A stretch of DNA of 47,234 bases from a virus, in IMG/VR virus record IMGVR_UViG_3300027765_000001, positions 1 through 47,234 of that record. One strand, written 5' to 3'. The notes under the pieces were generated by a model. The model was not told the DNA's origin. It ran no database searches and was given only the letters and a program-made list of their open reading frames with translations. A program made the position numbers and the translations under genes. This document shows, one piece after another, positions 1-7,400 of the stretch. How positions within the stretch are numbered: position 1 is the stretch's first letter; each line of letters begins with the position of its first letter.

Positions 1-127
1 AGCCCGTCAGGGCTCTGGTGGAACAGCTCTGCGCCTGGTTCCCGGAGACCAAGGGCCTGACCGACACGGTCATGGCCCTGTGGTTCGCGGAGATCCGCTG
101 CCGCGAACTGATGGTCTCCGACCTCAG
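1..127. repeat. Terminal direct repeat, copy 1 (identical to 47108-47234); a circular-assembly style overlap
   Basis: Read directly: agcccgtcagggctctggtg...gtctccgacctcag at 1-127 recurs exactly at 47108-47234, inside the terminase reading frame. Confidence 0.95.
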
Positions 128-266
128 CGGTTGGCACCTGGGCAACAACGAGTTCCTGTCCGAGCGCGACAAGGACGCACAGATGGTCGTGGACGTGGAC
201 CTCGCCCTGGCGCAGCAGGACATCGCACGGTGGGACGGGTCGCTTCGCGGCTGGTCCCTGAACTGA
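1..266 (+). CDS. terL: Terminase large subunit, C-terminal end (continuation of 45433-47234 across the junction)
   Basis: The frame of 45433.. stays in phase through the 127-bp overlap and ends at TGA 264-266. Track ORF 18..266 is its tail. Confidence 0.85.
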   Translation, partial: PVRALVEQLCAWFPETKGLTDTVMALWFAEIRCRELMVSDLSGWHLGNNEFLSERDKDAQMVVDVDLALAQQDIARWDGSLRGWSLN

Positions 267-275
267 GAGGACGAG

Positions 276-581
276 ATGGACAGCGTGTACCGGGAGCGTG
301 CGCACCTTGTGGCGCACTTGGCCACCATCTACCCCAGCACCATCGGATACCACGACCCCGAAGAACCGGACTGGGCCGTCGTCATTGTGGATACCCCCAC
401 CGGTCAGATGAGTTGGCACGTGGCGCCAGACGACATGGACCTGTTCAGGCACATCAACAGGTCCGAGATCAACACCTGGGACGGCCATAGCACCGAAGAG
501 AAGTACCAGCGGCTGCGTCGCCTGATCGGAAGCCACCTGACCCTGACCGCCAGGGTCGGGCATTCGCCTCAGGAGTCCTGA
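276..581 (+). CDS. Hypothetical small protein with WDGH motif
   Basis: ATG follows GAGAGGACGAG. GC3 is strong. The protein contains ...EINTWDGHSTEEKY. The WDGH-domain assignment is from memory only. Confidence 0.6.
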   Translation: MDSVYRERAHLVAHLATIYPSTIGYHDPEEPDWAVVIVDTPTGQMSWHVAPDDMDLFRHINRSEINTWDGHSTEEKYQRLRRLIGSHLTLTARVGHSPQES

Positions 582-1396
582 TGGGCTGCTACGGCCAGGA
601 CTGGGCCTCGTACCAGTCCCCCGCCCCGGATGTCACGGGGCTGTCCTTCGTGTTCGTCAAGGCCACTGAGGGCCTGACGTACGCCAATCCCCGTTGGGCA
701 CAGCAGGTCGCGTACGCGCGGCTGCACAAGCTGACCGTGGGGCACTACCACTACCCGCACATGGGCAACTCGGCGACCGCCGAGGCGGACTTCTTCCTGC
801 GCACGGCCCGGCCGCAGCCGGGCGACTACGTCGCTCTGGACTGGGAGGGGTACGACGTGGCGAACCGCTCGGTGCCCTTCGCCGCCCAGGTCGCCTACAA
901 GAAGGCGTTCCTGGCCCATGTGACCGCGGCTCTGCCGCACAACCAGGTGGGGACGTACTGCAACACGGACTACCTGGACCGCGACCCCGCGGGCGCCTAC
1001 GGCGATTTCCTGTGGATCGCCACCGCCAACAAGGCGGCCGGCCAGCCCGGCATCAGCCGGAGCTGGCTCTTCCACCAGTACAGCGCCAGCTCGGTGGACC
1101 GCGACTACTGCAACCTTTCCGCCGACGCCCTTCGGGCGTGGGCGCACGCCAAGGAGGACGACATGGCCCTGACCCGCGATGACGCTGTGACGATCTGGGG
1201 CTACGAGAATCCCACTTCCGGTGACAAGTACGACATGCACCAGGCCCTGAAGAACGCCGAGGCCAACAGCGCCGAGGCCGCGCGCCTCGCCACCGAGGTC
1301 AAGGCCACGGTGGATCACCTTGCCGTCGGCGGCGTGGACCTGGACGCCTTGGCGGCCAAGGTCGCGGACCTGCTGTCCAAGCGTCTCCAGAGCTAG
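581..1396 (+). CDS. Glycoside hydrolase family 25 lysozyme (endolysin candidate) with an unassigned C-terminal region
   Basis: N-terminus reads GQDWASYQ...LSFVFVKATEGLTYANP...ALDWE, the GH25 muramidase pattern as I recall it. TGATG coupling to the upstream ORF. Confidence 0.75.
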   Translation: MGCYGQDWASYQSPAPDVTGLSFVFVKATEGLTYANPRWAQQVAYARLHKLTVGHYHYPHMGNSATAEADFFLRTARPQPGDYVALDWEGYDVANRSVPFAAQVAYKKAFLAHVTAALPHNQVGTYCNTDYLDRDPAGAYGDFLWIATANKAAGQPGISRSWLFHQYSASSVDRDYCNLSADALRAWAHAKEDDMALTRDDAVTIWGYENPTSGDKYDMHQALKNAEANSAEAARLATEVKATVDHLAVGGVDLDALAAKVADLLSKRLQS

Positions 1397-1398
1397 GC

Positions 1399-1431
1399 GC
1401 TAGCACATTTCTGCTAGCAACCGGGTATAAC
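1399..1431 (+). promoter_or_regulatory. Paired GCTAGCA palindromes (1399-1405, 1412-1419) plus TATAAC box (1426-1431) upstream of the portal gene
   Basis: The same architecture occurs at 14121-14163 and, without TATAAC, at 45398-45419. It lies in the 60-bp gap between lysozyme stop and portal start. Confidence 0.5.
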
Positions 1432-1456
1432 TGGCAGTGAGCAGGGAGGTGGATGC

Positions 1457-3286
1457 GTGGCCGTAGTGGATCCGGCGATAGCCCAGCGCGTACTCGCGCT
1501 GCGCGCGGACGCCTCCGAGCGTGACGCCCGGCACCGCCGGGTGCACGACGTGCGCACGAATAAGCTCCAGTCTCTCCAGCCCGGCTCGATGCCGGACATG
1601 TGGCCGGAGCCGATCGTGGCGAACACGATCGACACGACGGCCCACCAGCTCGCCGAGAACCTGGCTCCGCTGCCGAGCATCAACTGCGCCACGGGCGTGA
1701 CGACCACGGACAAGGCGAAGAAGTTCGTGGCCAAGAAGACGAAGATCGCGTATTCGTACGTGATCGACTCTCAGCTCAAGGCGCGGATGCCGCAGGGCTG
1801 CGACTGGTACATCACCTACGGGCTGCTGCCGATGGTCGTGGAGCCCGACTTCAAGGAGGGCAAGCCCCGGATCCGGTTCGATGACCCGGTGGGCAGCTAC
1901 CCCGAGTTCGACCGGTGGGGCAACGTCGTCAGCTACACCAAGGTACGCCGGGAGAAGGCGCACAAGATCGCGGCCAAGTTCCCCGACCTCGCCGAGCAGA
2001 TCTACGGCCGGGATCAGATGGGCCGGCGGGCGACCTCCCAGGACGCCGTCCTGGAGATGGTGTACTTCTGCGACAAGGACACGTACGTCCTGTTCATGCC
2101 CGAGCGGCAGAACCTGGTCCTGAGCCAGACGGTGAACACCTTCGGCAAGGTGCCGGTGGCCGTGGCCGTCAAGCCCAGCCTGGACGACCAGGACCGGGGC
2201 CAGTTCGACCAGGTCATCTATCCCCACCTGGCCAGGGCCAGGATGGCGATGCTGGGCCTGGAGGCCACGAACCAGACGGTCCGGGCGCCTCTGGCGCTCC
2301 CGATGGATGTCCAGAAGATCCCCTTTGGGGACAATGCGATCATTCGCACCAATAACCCCGAGAAGATCCAGTTCGTGGCGCCGGACCATCCGGTCGCCGC
2401 GTTCCAGCAGGAGCAGATGCTGGCCGATGAGGTGATGCGCGGAGCGCGCACCCCGGCCAGCGCCACGGGCGATGTGAAGGCGTCCATCATCACCGGGCAG
2501 GGCGTGGACGCCCTGAACGGCTCCTATGACATCCAGATCGCCACGGGCCAGGTCATCCTGGGCCACGCGCTGGAGCAGGCGCTGATGCTGGCCTTCGAGA
2601 TGGACGAGAAGTTCTGGCCGAAGGCCGTCAAGACGGTCACGGGCGTGATCAACGGCACGCCCTTCCAGCAGACCTACTCCCCCGGCAAGGACATCGCCGG
2701 GGACTACCGGGTCAGCGTGACGTACGGCTTCGCCTCGGGCATGAACCCGAACCAGGCTCTGGTCTTCCTGCTCCAGCTCCGCGGGGACCAGTTGGTCCCC
2801 CGGGACTTCGTCCAGCGGCAACTGCCGATGGACATCGACGTGACCGCGCTTCAGGCGCAGATCGATAACGAGCAGGTGACGGACGCCTTGAAGCAGGGCG
2901 TCTTCGCCATGCTCTCCTCGATCGGCCTCATGGCCCAGCAGGGCATGGACCCGACGCAGATCCTGCGCAACAGCGCACGGATCATCGAGCTGCGCGAGAA
3001 GGGTCTGCCGATCCACGAGGCGATCCTGAAGACCTTCGAGGCTCCCCCGTCGCCTCCGTCCTCGGGCGCCGGGGGCCCGGGTGCCCCGGGTGCTCCTAGC
3101 GGCCAGGAAGGGCCCGGGGCACTCATGGGGCAGAGCGTGACCACGGGCGCCCCCATGGGCGTGGCGCCCGGCCAGGCCCAGATGGGCCCCGGCGGCAGGC
3201 CGCCGCTTCAGGATCTCCTGGCCGGCCTGACTTCGGGCGGCCAGCCCGCCCTGACCGCGAACGTGCGACGGAGGATCCCGGCATGA
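1457..3286 (+). CDS. Portal protein (by position and size)
   Basis: 609-aa ORF with a GTG start after a GGGAGG SD. It is the first large gene after the terminase. The C-terminal tail is G/P/A-rich. No motif-level proof. Confidence 0.6.
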   Translation: MAVVDPAIAQRVLALRADASERDARHRRVHDVRTNKLQSLQPGSMPDMWPEPIVANTIDTTAHQLAENLAPLPSINCATGVTTTDKAKKFVAKKTKIAYSYVIDSQLKARMPQGCDWYITYGLLPMVVEPDFKEGKPRIRFDDPVGSYPEFDRWGNVVSYTKVRREKAHKIAAKFPDLAEQIYGRDQMGRRATSQDAVLEMVYFCDKDTYVLFMPERQNLVLSQTVNTFGKVPVAVAVKPSLDDQDRGQFDQVIYPHLARARMAMLGLEATNQTVRAPLALPMDVQKIPFGDNAIIRTNNPEKIQFVAPDHPVAAFQQEQMLADEVMRGARTPASATGDVKASIITGQGVDALNGSYDIQIATGQVILGHALEQALMLAFEMDEKFWPKAVKTVTGVINGTPFQQTYSPGKDIAGDYRVSVTYGFASGMNPNQALVFLLQLRGDQLVPRDFVQRQLPMDIDVTALQAQIDNEQVTDALKQGVFAMLSSIGLMAQQGMDPTQILRNSARIIELREKGLPIHEAILKTFEAPPSPPSSGAGGPGAPGAPSGQEGPGALMGQSVTTGAPMGVAPGQAQMGPGGRPPLQDLLAGLTSGGQPALTANVRRRIPA

Positions 3287-3519
3287 GCGAGTGCAAGTCC
3301 TGCGGCCGGGAGGACGGCCATCACCTCGGGTGCCCGGAGGTAGCAAAGCCGGTCAAGCCGAACATTGTTCAACTTGAAGACACAGGCCCATCACTTTCGC
3401 CGCACGGCGAAAGTGATCAGTGCGCCTTCGGCGACTGCACGAACCCCAAGCGCCCGAAGGGCAAGGGCCCTGCGCCCAAATACTGCACGGAGCACAGCGA
3501 CCCGAAGAACAGGAAGTGA
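3283..3519 (+). CDS. Hypothetical Cys-rich small protein
   Basis: ATGA overlap with the portal stop. 78 aa with six Cys (CKSC...C...C..C...C). Confidence 0.55.
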   Translation: MSECKSCGREDGHHLGCPEVAKPVKPNIVQLEDTGPSLSPHGESDQCAFGDCTNPKRPKGKGPAPKYCTEHSDPKNRK

Positions 3520-3521
3520 CC

Positions 3522-3752
3522 ATGTCTGACACCGGATGGAGCGGCGACCCGTTCCACGAGGGCACCGCCAAGCCCATGATGCCGCTCCAGGGCGGCATGG
3601 AGGGGATCCACACCCAGATGCCGATGGACTCCGGCGCCATGACCAACCCGCGTTCCGCGGGCGCCGACAACGTCCAGCAGACCTGGAACAGCACCTCGCT
3701 GGCGCCGACCCCGGCGCCCACGCCGAACAACGACAGCCACGAGGCCCACTGA
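3522..3752 (+). CDS. Hypothetical protein
   Basis: Internal ATG of track ORF 3420..3752, preceded by AGGAAG. The upstream part of that ORF overlaps the previous gene. Confidence 0.55.
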   Translation: MSDTGWSGDPFHEGTAKPMMPLQGGMEGIHTQMPMDSGAMTNPRSAGADNVQQTWNSTSLAPTPAPTPNNDSHEAH

Positions 3753-3757
3753 CCAGG

Positions 3758-3781
3758 CTTTTTCCCGGGTCCGGGAAAAAG
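3758..3781. other. Perfect 11-bp inverted repeat CTTTTTCCCGG-gt-CCGGGAAAAAG
   Basis: Read directly in the 41-bp gap before the GAGGAGG SD of the next gene. Confidence 0.7.
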
Positions 3782-3793
3782 TGAGGAGGAGCG

Positions 3794-4270
3794 ATGGCCA
3801 ACGGCCAGGGCGGCTACCGCCAGCCCAGCTCCCCCGCCCCGGTCTCCGGGCCGGGGAGCCTGAGCAAACGCACGGACGGTCCGATGGGCGGCGGTAAGCA
3901 GCCCGTCAGAGTGCCGACAGGCGGCGCGTACGGCGACGCCACGGCGCTTCGCCAGGACCAGCAGGGCGCCCCGCTGGCCGCCTCTCCGGGCGGCGATGCG
4001 GCGGCGCCCCAGCCCGGCCTTCTGGCCGGGCTCTCGCTGCCCCCGGGGATCGGTCTCTCCGAGGGGACCGCCCGGCCTGACGAGCCGGTGACCGCGGGGG
4101 CGGCGAGCGGCCCCGGCCCCGGGCCGGAGGCCCTGGGGCTGCCGAACCAGCAGGACCAGGACATGCAGGCCCTGGTGGCCTATCTGCCGGTGTTCGAGCA
4201 CATGGCGAACCAGCCGGGCGCATCCGCCGGGATGCGCCAGTTGGTCCGGTCGATCAAGGGGGCGATGTGA
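3794..4270 (+). CDS. Hypothetical G/P/A-rich virion-module protein
   Basis: GAGGAGG SD followed by ATG. 158 aa with coding-type GC3. Confidence 0.6.
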   Translation: MANGQGGYRQPSSPAPVSGPGSLSKRTDGPMGGGKQPVRVPTGGAYGDATALRQDQQGAPLAASPGGDAAAPQPGLLAGLSLPPGIGLSEGTARPDEPVTAGAASGPGPGPEALGLPNQQDQDMQALVAYLPVFEHMANQPGASAGMRQLVRSIKGAM

Positions 4271-4455
4271 TGGAGTGGGCGGATCGCCTGGGGGCGATGT
4301 ACTCGTTCTTCCCGGACACCCCGGCGATAGCCGTGGACATGGCCCTGCGCACCCCTGCGCAGGACGACTTCGCGTACACGCTGGCCTACGGCCTCCAGAA
4401 CACTTCCACGGCCCTGGACGCCTACCCGGCGGACACCCAGACCCTGGCAGGCTGA
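4267..4455 (+). CDS. Hypothetical protein
   Basis: Start overlaps the upstream stop (ATGTGATGG). 62 aa. Confidence 0.5.
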   Translation: MMEWADRLGAMYSFFPDTPAIAVDMALRTPAQDDFAYTLAYGLQNTSTALDAYPADTQTLAG

Positions 4456-4456
4456 C

Positions 4457-7400
4457 GTGGGCCTGGGCTCCTTCCTGTCCGATATCGGGCATGCCGCCTC
4501 CGGCGCCGTCAAGGACGTGTCGTCCGGGCTGAACACCGTGGACCGGTACATCAACCCGTTCCATGTGGAGCAGGGCTCCATCAAGTCCGGGGACACCAGC
4601 GGCAACAGTCCGCTGGGCAATGTGGTCTCCCACCAGGTGGAGACCGTCTCCCGCGGCATGAACTGGCTGTACGACAACGGCGTCTCCCAGCCGTTGTCCA
4701 CGGCCCTGATGGCGGGCAATCTGCCCGGCGGCCCGTTCAGCGCCCACAACTGGGCGCAGGCGTGGCACGCCGCCAACCACATCTCGCCGGCTCAGGCGCT
4801 GTTCCTGAATCCGGACCAGACCAAGCAGGCGGTGAACTCGCCGCTGGAGTATTACAAGCCCGGCGAGGCGTACCTGCCGCCGGACTTCGATACCTGGTCG
4901 CAGGAGCGGCAGCAGGCGTTCTTGAAGCAGGCGGGCATGCCCGCCGTCGGGAACCGGTACATCGAGGAACTGCGTCAGACGCACCGGTACTTCGCCAACG
5001 CCTCGGGCATCGGGGACTTCGCGCTGCGTTGGTGGGCGGATCCGACGATCATTGCGGGCAAGGCGGCGGGCGCCGCCCGCCGGGAGCTTCAGGTGGTGCG
5101 CCGGCCCGCGGCCGGCTGGTCCCGCACGGACATCGACCGCATCATGAACAAGTCGGTGATGTCCAAGGCCGTGGACTTCGTCTACCAGAACCGGGACAAC
5201 CCGGCTCTGTTGAACAATCTGTCCATGGCGCGCAATAGCGGCATGGGCCCGCGCTTCGGCGCGCTGGCCTCGCTGCTGAAGTCGCCGGACGAAGTCCACG
5301 ACTTCCTTCGCATCGGCCTGGGCGACATGGACGCCATCGAGCGTCTTCAGACCAAGAACGCCTTGGCGGGCGCCAGGATCGAGCAGGACACGGGCCGCTA
5401 TGCGGCTCTGGACGCTATGGCGACGCGCTTTGACGCGGTCGGCACGGGACGTGCCAGTCAGTACGCCGCGCTGGCGCGGCAGCAGATGGACGCGCTGAAC
5501 AAGCGGATCAACGCGGACACCGATCTGGTGCGCGGATACAACAACATCCTTGATCACGCTCATGAGCTGGATCAGCTCAACCTGTCGCGCTGGAGCTTCG
5601 CTCGCGCGCAGGCGGCCACCGAGGCGCAGGCGGCCTACCGGGCCAGGGCGGCCCGCGGCGTGGGTACGGGCCGTCAGGTCACCATCACGCCGACCCCGCT
5701 TCTGTCCCGGGGTACGTCCACTCCGGTGGACCTGGGCTTTGTGAAGTCCCGGGTCTACGGCGTCGGGGATTTCTTCTCGACGCCGATCACCGTCGTGCGG
5801 TCCTTCGCCAATGCTCGGCCGAACGGGTACATGCGGATCGATGACATCGACAAGGACTCGATCGCCGAGTTGCGCGGGCAGCTCGCGCGCATCCCGAACA
5901 TCACGGACCAGACCCGGCTGAACGTCCTGAATGAGTACCTGAAGACGCAGACCGAGGGGGAGCGCGTGGCGCTCCTGAAGCAGGTGGGCGCCATGGGCGC
6001 CGCCAAGGTGGCGGAGAAGCATGGCCTGGAGCCCGAGGCCGGGCTGGAGCTGTACCAGCAGCACCTGAACCGGCAGTTCGGCGAGATCGACAACATGAAG
6101 CGGTACTCTGCCGCCACGAAGCCGATTCAGATGCCGGACGGGACGCTGGCCCGGGTGCGGGTGGACGAGTTCGCCACCGACGGCGGGAAGCTGGTGGTCC
6201 ACCCCACCAGCGTGACGCAGTTGGCGAACAGTCACGTCTTCCAGGATCTGGGCGAGATGGACAAGGTCTTGGCCCGGCACTCCAGTGCGCTGAGCGCGAT
6301 CCGTACGTCCCGGCTGGGTAATCCGGACTGGATCATGGATGCCAGCGACTACTTGACCACCATGTTCAAGTTCTCGACCCTGTTCCGTCTGGGCTACATC
6401 CCTCGCGTGCTGGGGGATGATCTGGCGGGCCAGTGGGCCCGCGCGGGGGCCGCGGCGATGGCGGCCCGGGTCGGCTGGGGCGTCAAGAACGGCGCCACGA
6501 ACCTGGCCATGTGGCGCCCGGCGCGCTTCCTGGCGGCCAAGGCCGCCGTGGCCAATGAGGGCGTGCGGTACGCCGAGGAGCAGATGGCGGCCATCAAGCC
6601 GGAGCTGACGCAGCTTAGGCAGCGGATGGCCGGCGAGAAGGCCATGCGGCAGCGGGACGTGGGCCGCGCTCAGGCGCGCGCGGACAGGGCGCAGCAGATC
6701 CTGGCGTCCCTGCCGGATGATGCGCCGCAGGCGCGGCGTACGGCCGCGCAGCGGTATGCGCAGGCCAAGGCGAACGAGGTGCAGCGCGCCCAGGCGCGCG
6801 CTGCCGCGGATCTGTGGCCGACCAAGGCCAAGCGCCTGGCCGACCTGGAGGACAATTACTCCTACCTGACGCGGATGCGGGATGAGGCCCACAAGGCGGC
6901 TCAGCCGCCGCAGAAGGTCATCCAGGGCAGCAAGCCCGTGGACCTCGGGAACGGCGTCATGGCGCCCGCGGCCTTCGCGGGCCGCGAGGGCGACATGTAC
7001 CAGAAGCTGGTTACCTCGGACGAGTCGCTGGGCCAGATCTTCGCCACGAACAAGAAGCTGATCCACGGCCACCTGATGCGGTCCTTCGATCACGGCGGCA
7101 AGGCGATCAGCGCCGCCCAGGACGAAGAGCTGCACGCCACGAGCTGGGCGCACGCGATCAACGCGCAGATCGTCCAGGACCAGCTCAAGGCCCAGGCGGT
7201 CCGGGGGGCCAGCCCCGAGGACATGACCAAGTGGCTGACTTCCACGGCCGAAGGCCGCATCTACCGCCAGCGCCTCGGGCTGGCGTCGGCCAGCAATGAG
7301 GACATTGCCAATGCCGCATGGCACGAGGTGGCGGAGTACATGCCGACACCGGAGATCCGGGCCAAGGCCCTGGAGCCGGACGGCGTGACGCCGCAGTTCC

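Noticed and set aside
1-127. The terminal repeat as a biological direct terminal repeat or cos-flanking redundancy.
   Set aside because: It lies inside the terL coding frame and is exactly 127 bp, a common maximum assembler k-mer. A circularisation artefact is more likely.
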